A DNA stretch of 64,000 nt from Octopus sinensis (Eukaryota): NCBI RefSeq assembly GCF_006345805.1, contig NC_042997.1:167276001-167340000 (forward strand). The letters are read 5' to 3'. The notes beneath the pieces were generated by a model, which saw only the letters and a list, made by a program, of their open reading frames with translations, made no database searches and had not been told where the DNA came from. The position numbers and the translations under genes are program-made. This document shows, piece after piece, positions 50,562 through 63,500 of the stretch (positions within the stretch are counted from its first letter, which is position 1; every line of letters begins with the position of its first letter).

Positions 50562-51280
50562 CTGCTGCCATGGCTAAGCTCTCCAGGAGAGTGTGGGAAA
50601 ACAACATGCTCACAATAACCACCAAGATCGCAGTGTACCGAGCCTGCGCGCTGAGCACCCTACTCTACGACAGCGAGAGCTGGACAACATACACCCGGCA
50701 AGAATGCCGCCTCAGCGGCTTCCACATGCGGTGTCTTCGACGGATCCTTGGCATCTCCTGGAAGGACCGAGTACCAAACGGAGTCATCCTAGAACAGACT
50801 AATATGCCAAGCATGCATGCCCTCCACGTGCGGAGACGACTGCGCTGGCTCGGACACGTCTGCCGCATGCAGGACGGTCGCATGCCTAAAGACATCCTGT
50901 ACAGCGAACTCACCACGGGGATCCCACCCAAGGGACGTCCACAGCTACGATACAGGGAGGTGTGCAAGCGCGACCTGAGGACTGCCAACATCTGTGTGGA
51001 CACGTGGGAGGTAACAGCTGCTGACCGCTCTGCCTGGCGTCGGACAGTGAGGAAAGGCGTTTCCATGGCTGGGAAAAGGAGAGCACAGCTGTGGTCGGAC
51101 AGGCGGGCCAGGAGGAGGACAACTGCAGCAACACCCCACACGTACCCATCGATGTTCGTGTGCAGCAACTGTACCAGGGACTGCCACTCTAGAATTGGAC
51201 TGTTCACTCACAGCAGACGCTGCACATCATCAAAGTAGGCCCCACCCTTGGCGCAACCCATTGTCTATCAAGACAGACGG
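50562..51280 (+). mobile_element. 5'-truncated RTE-clade LINE (BovB-like) with open 222-aa C-terminal ORF
   Basis: TKIAVYRAC..LLYDSESWT..FHMRCLRRILGISWKDRVPN..RRLRWLGHV.RM.DGR.PK..LY.EL..GRPQLRYRE..K.D, then CSNC..CHSRIGLFTHSRRC; short 3' UTR. Confidence 0.92.
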
Positions 51281-51693
51281 GGAAAAGAGAGAAGAGAATA
51301 TATATATATACACGTATGTATGTAATATATATATATATATATATATATATAGATTATATATACATACCTTCAGTCTTTCTGTGGGAAACAGATTTCAATG
51401 TTTCAAATTGTTATATATGTGTATGTGGATATATATATATATATTATATATATATATAGATGTATATGTATATGTATACACACACATACACATACATATA
51501 TATGTATATGGGGATGAGTATGTGTACACATGCATATATGTGTTTGTGTGTGTGCGTGTGTGTGTCTGTGTGTATACATATACTGAGAGAGAGATTTATA
51601 CATTCAAATATATAGATATTCATTATATATAAAAACAATACGTATATACGCACATATATTCACATATGTATTGTCACATATAAATAAATATAA

Positions 51694-51699
<6 letters not shown>

Positions 51700-51749
<50 letters not shown>

Positions 51750-52164
51750 GTGTGTGTGGTGGGTGTGTGTGTGTTATGTGTGTGTGGTGTTTTAATTGGT
51801 TGCCAAAGGGTATCGTTTTTTTTAATTCTGTTCTAATTAATTATATTTCAGTTAAATATTTCGATAGATTGTAAGAATTTAGAAACTTCGAGAGACGTCA
51901 AATAATTCTTTTTGAACGAGTGGGATTTGAACTCAGAACGTAAACACGGGCGAAATACCTATTTCTTTACTACCCACAAGGGGCTAAACACAGAGAGGAC
52001 AAACAAGTACAGACAAACGGATTATTTATTTAATCGACCCCGAAAGGATGAAAGGCAAAGTCGACCTCGGCGGAATTTGAACTCAGAACGTAGCGGCAGA
52101 CGAAATACCGCTAGCATTTCGCCCGGCGTGCTACGTTTCTCTGCCACCTCGCCACCTTATAATA

Positions 52165-52196
<32 letters not shown>

Positions 52197-52359
52197 TATA
52201 ATATAAATAATACTAATAATAATATAATAGGCGCAGGCGTTGCTGTATATAAGAAAGCTTGCTTCCCACCACCTTTGGCTAGTGTTTTCTACTATTACTT
52301 CGGACCGACCAAAGACTCGTGAGTGGATTTTGTAGACGGAAACTGAAAGAATCTTGTTG

Positions 52360-52421
<62 letters not shown>

Positions 52422-53040
52422 GTGTGTATGTGTGTGTGCCGTGTTTTAATTGGTTGCCAAAGGGTTATTCGTTTTTTTTAATTCTTTCAATTAATTATAT
52501 TTCAGTTAAAATATTTCGATAGATTGTAAGAATTTAGAAACTTCGAAGAGACTTCAAATAATTCTTTTTGAACGAGTGGGTTGAACTCAGAACGTAAACA
52601 CGGGCGAAATACCTATTTCTTTACTACCACAAGGGGCTAAACACAGAGAGAGACAAACAAGTACAGACAAACGGATTATTTATTTAATCGACCCCGAAAG
52701 GATGAAAGGCAAAGTCCGACCTCGGCGGAATTTGACTCAGAACGTAGCGGCAGACGAATACCCTGCTAGCATTTCGCCCGGCGTTGCTAACGTTTCTGCC
52801 ACATCGCCACCTTAATAATAATTAATAATAATAATAATTAGAATAATAATAATAATAATAATATAATATAATAATAATAATTAATAGGCGCAGGCGTTGC
52901 TGTATGATAAGAAGCTTGCTTCCCAACCACCTTTGGCTAGTGTTTTCTACTATTACTTCGGACCGACCAAAGACTCGTGAGTGGATTTGGTAGACGGAAA
53001 CTGAAAGAATCTTGTTGTATATATATGTGTGTGTGTGTGT
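51700..53040. repeat. Tandem duplication, ~655-bp unit (SINE B on - strand, partial SINE A, microsatellites)
   Basis: TTTAATTGGTTGCCAAAGGG at 51791 and 52445; copies differ mainly by single-base indels. Confidence 0.85.
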
Positions 53041-53967
53041 GTGTGTATGTGTGTGTGTGTGTGTGTCTGTGTTTGTCCGCCCCCACGGCTAGGCAGCTGA
53101 TGTTGGTGAGTTTACGGCCCGGTAACTTAGTGGTTCAGCATAAGAAGCCGTCAGACTGAAGAAAAAAATTGGTCTTGGGGTTTATATTTTTCGGCTAAAA
53201 TCGTTTAAGGCGATGCTCCTGTATAGCCGCAATCAAACGAGTGAAGCAAGTAAAAATGAAAGTGAAGAAGAAGGAGAAGAAGAAGAAGAAGAAGAAGAAG
53301 AAGAAGAAGAAGAAGAAGAAGAAGAAAAAAAGAATATCACGAGTCTATTGATTTGTTTGTACCACATTCCTGGCCATAACATTTTATTTATTCTCTTCAG
53401 ACGTCATTTTTATGAGCTTTTAAGTTTCATGGGGTAATAAAACAAATATTTATTATTTGTATCTGTAGGAGAAAGTAGATGAGATTCTAAAAGACAAAAA
53501 GCGAAGTGTCAACTATCATAAGCAACAGGAACCTCTACGTGGTCGAAAGATCTGCGAGAAATATTTGCCTATAACAACCGTCTTAAAACTGTAGAATATT
53601 GTTGATAATATGGACTTAAATTAAATAAAAGCAGTGTAGTTATGTCTAGGACACCTTTGGCTATATAGCGCCACTCATTTGCTGAAATGACGTTAAACAA
53701 TACGAATAACTAGCGAGTTTACTGCACCACCCATCAGTCCGTTAGAAATAGCAGCCAAATCATCTCCAAATCAAGATATATTGTTTTCAATAAGGGAAGG
53801 GCATAGATAATGTAGTTGAGGATTGCGCGAAGACACCAGACGTGTTAGAAAATGCTGTCTGAGCTGTTTTCATTGCATGAAACTAATATTAGCTCACATA
53901 CTACATCATACGTACACACACACACACAACACACAACACACACACACACATATATATATATACTATA

Positions 53968-54038
<71 letters not shown>

Positions 54039-54116
54039 GTATATATATATAGTATATGTATATATATAATATATATATATAGATAATGTATGTTATTATA
54101 TTTATATATATGTATG

Positions 54117-54163
<47 letters not shown>

Positions 54164-54229
54164 ATAATAATATATATATATATATATTATATATATGTAT
54201 ATATATATATACTTACTTTGATACTTTGA

Positions 54230-55215
54230 TCGGTTTCGGCCAGTATTGGCCCACGCCATGTCTAACTTAATAGCACCACCTGGTAAAGTCATTCAAATCA
54301 GGAATCGGACAACATGGCCCACTCAAGTAGAGAGTTATTGTTTCCGGAGTCATATCTGGGTGTAGGAGGTTTATCCAGGACTTTTTGAAGGAATTTGTCC
54401 AAACACTTCTTGAACTTTATGGAGTCTGCTTTGCTTTGATGTTAAAGAGAGTGGGGCCAACTGAGGTGAAATAATTGTGCCGTATTGTTGTTATGTGATG
54501 CGAGTATGATTTTTGTTGTGGACGGATAGCACGGGGCCCAAGTCTTAGGTGTATCTTAAAGGTGATGCCAACATCATTTGGGCAATGCTGATGGAATATT
54601 TTCCACGTTATGCAGATGATGTAGCGCTCACGGTGGCGTTGGAGAGAATAAAACTTGAGCTTTTCTAGTCGACCCCAATAGTCAAGGCTTGTCATGCCAT
54701 CCATCTTTTTTGGAATTGGCCTTTGAGGTGCTTCAATTTTCATGATACTTTGCTTCGTGTGGGGAGACCGCAGTGGACAGCAGTATTCAAGATGGGGGTC
54801 GGGAAAAATGGAGAAGAGGATGATGATGATGTAAATATCTCTCGACTGGAAGTTTCTGAGAATCCAGGAACACATTCTGCAGGCCATGTCAATTTGCTGT
54901 TTATATGAGTGGCCCAGCTTATGTTGTTGTCCACAATTACTCCCAATGCTCTAATGTTATTGGATGCCATGAGAGTTTGACCCAAAGGAAGGGAGTATGG
55001 GGGTTTCGGGGTATCCTCTTTTCCGAAGTGGATTAACTCAAATCTGTACTCCTTCAGCAGCAAACTATACTTTTCCGCCTGTTGGATGATAGCCAGTAGG
55101 TCTGACCGAAGGCATGCCCGGTCACCCACTTCATTGATGACCTTCTGGTTCTTGGAATCATCTGCAGAGATTGTTATGTTACTGTACTTAATGATATCAG
55201 TAATGTCGTTGGTGC
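54230..55215 (-). mobile_element. CR1-clade LINE 3' remnant
   Basis: SADDSK..DL..I, RALGVIVDNNISW, HLEYCCPLRSP..KIEAPQR, YWGRLEKLKFYSLQRHRER and SVGPTLFN; terminal stem-loop and (AAAGTATC)-like tail. Confidence 0.85.
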
Positions 55216-55612
55216 ATGTATATATATATATATAAAAGAAATATACATATATGTAAGTGTATATGTATGTATGTATGTATTTATGCATGTATGTATATAG
55301 TAATCCTACGTTTTATCGGCACAGCTCAGTACGATCCCATAAAATCACTAGGTTGCAGGTTGTAATCACTAAGCCGTAGCCGATATAATAAAATAGGCGC
55401 TTGTATATGCGTACTCAAAAACGTTAGTCAGTCTCACGACCCTGTTGTCTGGGATGGTAGTGGTTTACTCCTCTTCTAGCAATATAATATATGTATGTAC
55501 GTACAGAGTGCAGGTTGGATCGATAACCAGCTGAGGCTGAACTAGTAGTAACAGGGAACACCCACTTTAACGTGGCGATTAACTCTACTGAACTTAAAGA
55601 TTATATATATAT

Positions 55613-55659
<47 letters not shown>

Positions 55660-55702
55660 TAGATAGATAGATAGATAGATAGATAGACAGATAGATGTGC
55701 AG

Positions 55703-56090
55703 AGGCACAGTAGTGGCTGTGTGGTAAGTATCTTGCTTACCAACCACATGGTTCCAGGTTCAATCCCACTGCAAATGTCTTCTACTATAGCCTCGGGCCA
55801 ACCAAAGCCTTGTGAGTGGATTTGGAAGACGGAAACTGAAAGAAGCCCGTCGTATAGATATATATGTACATATATGTGTGTGTTTGTTTGTGTGTCTGTT
55901 TGTCTCTCTACCGTTGCTTGACAACCGCTGCTGGTGTGTTTACGTCCCCGTAACTTAGCGGATAGGCAAAAGAGACCGATAAAATATGTACTAGGCTTAC
56001 AAAGAATAAGTCCTGGGGTCGATTTGTTCGACTAAAGGCGGTGCTCCAGCATGGTCGCAGTCAAATGACTGAAACAAATAAAAGAATAAA
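55703..56090 (+). mobile_element. SINE family A
   Basis: Head, microsatellite and tail; inserted next to (GATA)n. Confidence 0.88.
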
Positions 56091-56391
56091 ATAATGCATA
56101 ATACACACCACACCACCCCTCACACACTAGCACTGACAACTTCCCAGCACCCACATCAGCGCACACAATAGAACTGACCGCTTCCAAGCATCTATACCAT
56201 CATCCACACACCTAGACATGCACTCATACACACACATACACACGTCGAGGTAACCAGCCCCCCTCCAAACGCACATACACGGTCTCACATACTCAAGCAC
56301 GCGCACCTTCAGTTTGGGATCACCACTACTTTATTAACTCCCCTTCTTCCTAGCGCTCGTGTGTGACTTCTCTGTGCGGCATTCGCAATGA

Positions 56392-56612
56392 TTGGCAGAA
56401 TCGTTAGCACGCCGGGAGAAATGCCTAGCGGTATTTCGTCTAGCGTTACCTTCTGAGTTCAAATTCCGCCGAGGTCGACTTTGCCTTTCATCCTTTCGAG
56501 GTCGATTAAATAAGTACCAGATACGCGCTGGGGTCGATGTAATCGACTAAAACCCTTTGTCTTCCTTGATTGTCCCCTCTATGTTAGCCCCCCAGTGGGC
56601 AATAAAGAAATA
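56392..56612 (+). mobile_element. SINE family B
   Basis: Near-consensus. Confidence 0.88.
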
Positions 56613-56800
56613 AATTATAGATCGCTAGCCACTATACCTTTTTCTGTTTTCTTTCCTTGTTTATTTGTGTGTTCCTTTCTGTCGAAGAGCGTAGGCTCGA
56701 AACGTAAAAGACTTTCTCACTTCCCGAGCGTTAAACTAAAACATCTGTTTGTTGTTTACACACACGTCTTCGTCTTTTGTTTTTATGTAAATTCTCAGTA
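56612..56800 (+). mobile_element. Family H2 hammerhead-bearing repeat
   Basis: CTTT-CTGTCGA-A-GAGC-GTAG-GCTC-GAAA-CG-TA-AAAG at 56675-56710. Confidence 0.65.
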
Positions 56801-56802
56801 TG

Positions 56803-56848
<46 letters not shown>

Positions 56849-56974
56849 TGTATGTATGTATCCTTTAGCAGAATGGATGGTTACAGCAGAAGTGTTCGAT
56901 CAGCTTATTTGCATAATGAAGAATGTCGCCGGAGCTTATGAGCTTGGTTTTTGGTTTTTACATTCAGGTGTCGT

Positions 56975-57120
<146 letters not shown>

Positions 57121-57444
57121 TTGTTGTTAACTTCCAGTCAGTCCTGCTCTGGCAGACACATGATCAAACTTTTCCAACCACGATCAACCCAACTTTTTCT
57201 CAAGCAGTGGACAAAAAATCCACTATCTCCTTTCTTTTCTTTAAAACGAAAGACGCCAGGTGAAGATTTGTGAGAGATACCGTCGCTATTTGTTAGATTA
57301 GTTGACTGACCTTGTTCGACACTTTCATATTAATAACATCTGATTGTTATATTTTTTATTTAACTTCAGATCACCAAAAATACTGAGTTATATCATAAAA
57401 GATGTTTGAGCTTTCTTTATTTAATTTGTCTTTATATAATCTAA

Positions 57445-57632
57445 ATCTAAGTCCTCTGCATCTGGTATGCCGCGGCACACTGGTGTGCCACGAAACGATG
57501 CTAATTGTGCCGCAGTGTAACCTGAATATAGTTCTTTTCCCTATACTTTTAGTTACATTTTAAGTGTGCCAGCGAATTTTGAAAAGAATATAAGTGTACC
57601 GCAAGTGAAAAAATGGTTGCGGGGCACTACTC
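57445..57632. mobile_element. Possible hAT MITE remnant
   Basis: TGCCGCGGCACACTGGTGTGCC and repeated TGTGCC subterminal motifs; GGTTGCGGGGCACTA end. Confidence 0.45.
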
Positions 57633-59399
57633 TAAATTATCAACTGTATCCGGTAGTTTTGCTTCATTCAAGTACAGAGAGAGCTTACTTCTTGATAGAG
57701 ATATTAGTATATCGTCGATAAATATGTGGAACTAGGCAAAATGTTGTCTCTCTGACGTTATCTATTTTTAAACTTGTTTAGATATCTCAATAGATCATCG
57801 TAATATCAACAAAATCGTTTTAATCAGCAAAGTATGCTATTGTTACTGTGACGTCAACAAAGGGTGTGTCTTTGATATAGTCATTTATTCCTTTCTTGGC
57901 TCTGCTTTATAGAAGGTAAATCTCTTGGCATAAAAGCTTAGAATATGCTTTCTTAGAATATGCTTTCTTAGAATATGAAAGAAGTTGTAAGGAAGAGTTG
58001 TCATTCGTTTCAAATAACTTGTAACAGAGTAAACAAATATCACTTTTTTTTATCCAAGGAAAATACTAACTCATCATCATGCAATATCTAAGAAAATAAA
58101 TTATTGAAACATTGTCACACTTCTTTTGAATTACACATATTAAAATATATTTAGCCATGCTCTATAGGGAATTTGGGTTGAAACCAAATTTAGCAAAAGA
58201 ACATGCTACGTAATCAAACTTCCTCGCTTTCTGGAAACCGAATGAGATTGATTGCTTATCTAGACTGATTGCAAAAACAAATGCTTCGCAAGTTCAGAAA
58301 CATCTGTCCATTAGATGTCTTTTGATGAGTGTGCAGTTTAGTTACAGACATTGCCGTATACGAAATTCCGTTCAGAGAACAGAAATAATTTCCTCTTAAA
58401 AACCTATAGCATTTCCGTCAGAAGCTTGATACTTCTACGTTGTGTGTGATTTCGTTGAAGCCCGTGAAAGAATCTAAGGAAGCGACGGAAATATAGATTG
58501 AGAATTAAGTTAGTGTAAGTCTTTACAGGAATTACTCCAGTCACAAACATAATCACTATAATAAATATGTCACAAGAGTCTCAAACAAGATTTTATTTCA
58601 AAATACTTTGCTGCAACATTACATTCCTCATCCACAAGTGGCTAGCTACTTCAGTACTTTTTTTTTTTCAGGATCATCAGTACTGCTTGTTGATAGAAAT
58701 AAAATATATCTCAGTTTATTATTCCGTTTAGAGTGTCATTGAAACTCCCCGTGCAGAAGACGAAAACCATGATTTATCCACCCACACGTAAGTACAACAC
58801 AATCCAAAATGCATACTTTACTGCTGACTGAATCTTTTTGACGGTCAACAAATAAATAGAACAGATGCATTTGCCAAGGGAGCTTTTAATACCTTTCAGT
58901 AACATTTCAAATCTACTGCCTAATGAAAGTTAATGGGTTCGAGTATGCAATCATTGATATATTTCATTTTGCTCGGCCAAAAACTGATTATAATCAGTTT
59001 TTGCCATTATATAATTATTTCATGGCACGATGTGTGATAACACATTGTGCCATGAACAATAGATATACAACACACATAGATATACATATACACACATCAC
59101 CACAAACGCAAACACACATACACACACACACACATGTATATATATATATATTTATATAAATATAATTAGGATTACGCAACAAGTTGCTTAACCACATACC
59201 GAAAATTTAGAAATAGTAGCCAAAGACCACTTATTCCTTTTGCTACAAATATTACTCCACAGATATATATGTATATAAAAAACGTTTTGTAAAAGTTCCT
59301 ACCGATAACTGTTCTCTTTCCATACCGAAACTACTTGGTAATATTTATTAACTTTAAAACTAATAATTATTTACCCTTATATTTGTAATTATAAAAATT

Positions 59400-59918
59400 T
59401 ATATACATACGTACATACATACATACATACATACATACATACATACATACATACATACATAACATACATACATATGTACATATATATATACATACAAAGA
59501 TACATATAAGGTCATATCAAGTGCAAACGCTTGGCAAGGCTTTACTTCGAAACAGTTACAGTATGATCGTTTACATGAATAAATACATATAAGCTCTATA
59601 ATATACTTTATATAATACGTATTGAGTACCAGCTTCGCAGATGTTTGCTTCATTTTATCCATGTTAGTCTATGCATATGTATATGTATATAAATGCGTAC
59701 ATATATGTATGTATGTAGTTATATATATATATATATATATATACACAAACACACACATACACATACACACATACACGCACATGCATATATATATAAGCAT
59801 GTGCGTATGTGTGTATATATACATATATACATATATACATACATGCACACGTTATATATGCATATATAATTATATATATGAACAAATATATACATATACA
59901 CACACACACACACACACA

Positions 59919-59971
<53 letters not shown>

Positions 59972-60200
59972 TGTATGTATATATATATATATATGCATAT
60001 ATGTATGTTTGTATGTATTTATATACAGAACATATATAAACACACACGCACACACACACACATAGAAACATGCAGACACACATACATATGTATAATATAT
60101 ATATATATATTTCTGTGCATGTGATATATTTGTGCGTGTGAATGTGTTGCTGTGTTTGCTTGTCCATGTATGTATGTGTGTATGCGCGTGCATATTTTGT
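59400..60200. repeat. Long compound (CATA)/(TA)/(CA) low-complexity tract
   Basis: Directly visible. Confidence 0.9.
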
Positions 60201-60669
60201 GTGAGTGCGTATGTAAAATTTTGAGCAGCTTACAGAACCTCGATCCTAAATACATGAGAATGGTGTCAAACAACTTAAGGGTGGAAGATGAATAGTGTAA
60301 GTGAGTGGGTGAGGAGATGGGTGGATGTGTGTAGGGAGTGCTCAGTTTGACTGTGGGGGAGTATGGGTTGAACGTAATCTGACAGTTCAAATAACGACAG
60401 CTGCGGTTTAAGTAAAATAAGAAACTTCACAAATATGTAGAATGAAGGCAATGTTGGAAATGATGGTATGAGAAATTTGCTTTATAATAACTACGGGCAT
60501 GTATGTGATAGTAATGTACATTTGTTGATTTGTATGTGTGTATGTGCGCGCTTGTGTGTGCGTGTGTTAGTGATAGTAAATGCGATTCGTACGAGTGTGA
60601 TTATATATACGAGTCTGTGTATGTATATATATATATATAACTGAACATATAATTTTCTTTTCTCTTTTT

Positions 60670-61246
60670 TTTTTATTTGTTTCAGTCATTTGACTGCGGC
60701 CATGCTGGATCACCGCCTTGTAGTCGACGAAATCGAGCCCAGGAATTATTCTCTTTCGTCGAACCGCTAGGTTACGGGGACGTAACCACACCAACATCGG
60801 TTATCAAGCGACTATGGTGGTGGTGGTGGTGGTGGTGGTGGTGGTGATGGGACAAACACAGGCGCAAAGATACATGTCAATATCTATATATATATATATA
60901 GTTAATCCAAACATGAACAAAGAGAAAACATAAAGCGAGGACGTGGAACAAGTATAGTGTTTTGGATGTTCAGGAAAGGAAAGAAAGAAGGATTTAACGT
61001 TTCGAGCGGAGCTCTTCGTCAGAAACATAGAAAAAGGAAAGGTCCAAGGAAGGGAAGACGCTGCTTAGTACGCTTTATAATAGTCGTATATATATATACG
61101 ACAGTTTCAGTTTCTTCTACCAAATCCACTCACAAGACAATTGTCAACCCGGGACTATAGAAGACATTTGCCCAAGGCGCCACGCAGTGGGACTGAACCT
61201 GGAACCATGCGATTGGGAAGCAAGCTTCTTACCACACAGCTACGCC
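60670..61246 (-). mobile_element. SINE family A split by a hammerhead-bearing insertion
   Basis: Tail 60670-60810 and head 61095-61246, with a foreign segment at ~60900-61085 between them. Confidence 0.75.
60993..61025 (-). ncRNA. Putative minimal type I hammerhead ribozyme with intact core
   Basis: TTT-CTGACGA-A-GAGC-TCC-GCTC-GAAA-CG-TT-AAA; stem I is only 3-4 bp. Confidence 0.55.
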
Positions 61247-61419
61247 ATATATAGTGTATGTGTGTGTTTATACGCGCGCACACACACACACGCACACAAA
61301 TACACACATAAACAGAGAGAGAGAGAGAGAGAGAGAGAGGCAGACACAGACAGGCAGACTGGGACAGACAGACAAACAGAGAGACAAACAAATAGATAGA
61401 TAGATAGATAGATAGATAG

Positions 61420-61458
<39 letters not shown>

Positions 61459-61860
61459 CAGGTGCCGACGTGACTGAGAGGTTTAAATGTTTTCTTCGTA
61501 ACCACGAGACTTCAGGTTCCATCCCATTTCAACCTACACTGAATCTACTTGGAAGTTCCACAAAAACACACAGACAAAAAGAAACACACACACACATACA
61601 CACAGACACACAGACACACACACACACACACACATACACACACACACACATACATATGCATATTGTTTAATGTACATTGTAAACTAATAGTTTCATACAT
61701 TGGAGTTGTATTTCTTGGCAGGTTTTAATAACACACCTCTCACCGGATGGAGTATTTCATTTTGTTAATCCTACCTTAACCGGAAAGTAAACTATATATA
61801 TTTGCGTGTGCGTGCGTGCGTGCGTGCGTGCGTGTGTGCGTGTGTGTGTGTGTGTGCGTG

Positions 61861-61911
61861 TGATCTGTGTGTTAAAGCGTACTAAGCAGCGTTGAATGAT
61901 TCATATAGTTT

Positions 61912-61956
<45 letters not shown>

Positions 61957-62226
61957 CGTGTTCTCATGTTCGTATACATTCGAGCATGGAAAGCCGATAC
62001 GCTGCACACGTCGTCTCGAGAAAAGAAATCGCCCTTATAGACAATGTAGCTTGCTATAGATAGCTGATGAAGCCTACCCATGCAGAGATGGGTGCGTCCT
62101 GCATTCCAGTGATGTCATTCATGGCTTAGTGGTGTGGCCCTCGCCCATATTTCAATAGGAATTTCTTTTGTCGAGGTAACCTGTACACCAGGTTATATTT
62201 CCATCTATATATAGCAGCACATAGCC

Positions 62227-62288
<62 letters not shown>

Positions 62289-62676
62289 TGTGTGGTGTGA
62301 GTGTGATGCGTGTGTGTGTGTGTGTGCGTGTGTGATCTGTGTTTAAAGCGTACTAAGCAGGTTGAATGATTCATATAGTTTTGTATATATATATATATAT
62401 ATGTATCGTGTTCTCATGTTCGTATACATTCGAGCATGGAAAGCCGATACGCTGCACACGTCGTCTCGAGAAAAGAAATCGCCCTTATAGACAATGTAGC
62501 TTGCTATAGATAGCTGATGAAGCCTACCCATGCAGAGATGGGTGCGTCCTGCATTCCAGTGATGTCATTCATGGCTTAGTGGTGTGGCCCTCGCCCATAT
62601 TTCAATAGGAATTTCTTTTGTCGAGGTAACCTGTACACCAGGTTATATTTCCATCTATATATAGCAGCACATAGCC

Positions 62677-62738
<62 letters not shown>

Positions 62739-63153
62739 TGTGTGGTGTGAGTGTGATGCGTGTGTGTGTGTGTGTGCGTGTGTGATCTGTGTTTAAAGCG
62801 TACTAAGCAGGTTGAATGATTCATATAGTTTTGTATATATATATATATATATGTATCGTGTTCTCATGTTCGTATACATTCGAGCATGGAAAGCCGATAC
62901 GCTGCACACGTCGTCTCGAGAAAAGAAATCGCCCTTATAGACAATGTAGCTTGCTATAGATAGCTGATGAAGCCTACCCATGCAGAGATGGGTGCGTCCT
63001 GCATTCCAGTGATGTCATTCATGGCTTAGTGGTGTGCCCTCGCCCATATTGTCAATAGGAATTTCTTTTGTCGAGGTAACCTGTACACCAGGTTATATTT
63101 CCATCTATATATATGGCAGCACATAGCCATATATATATATATATATATATATG

Positions 63154-63218
<65 letters not shown>
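61861..63218. repeat. Tandem repeat, 450-471 bp unit x3
   Basis: TAAAGCGTACTAAGCAG at 61873, 62344 and 62794; units nearly identical apart from microsatellite length. Confidence 0.92.
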
Positions 63219-63220
<2 letters not shown>

Positions 63221-63222
63221 GA

Positions 63223-63500
63223 GGCGCAATGGCCTAGTGGTTAGGGCAGCGGACTCGCGGTCGCAGGATCGCGGTTTCGATTCCCAGACCGGGCGTTGTG
63301 TGTTTATTGAGCGAAAACACTGAAAAGCTCCACGAGGCTCCGGCAGGGGGTGGTGATCCCTGCGGTACTCTTTCACCACTCTTTCTCCCACTCTTAGCCA
63401 GCGGGGTGGCGTCATTCGAAGGCTAAAACAATGCGAACGCATTGTGGCCAGCGATGTGTAACAACATCTGATGGTCTGGTCGATCACGTGATCACGTGAT
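63223..63500 (+). mobile_element. SINE family D head joined to a different tail
   Basis: 63223-63395 matches 1811-1990; 63396-63500 matches the reverse complement of ~23627-23700 (GGTCTGGTCGATCACGT). Confidence 0.75.

Noticed and set aside
54232-54255. GGCCA-ATAC-TGGCC-GAAAC on the minus strand resembling hammerhead stem II
   Set aside because: No CUGANGA upstream; better explained as the 3' stem-loop of the CR1 element
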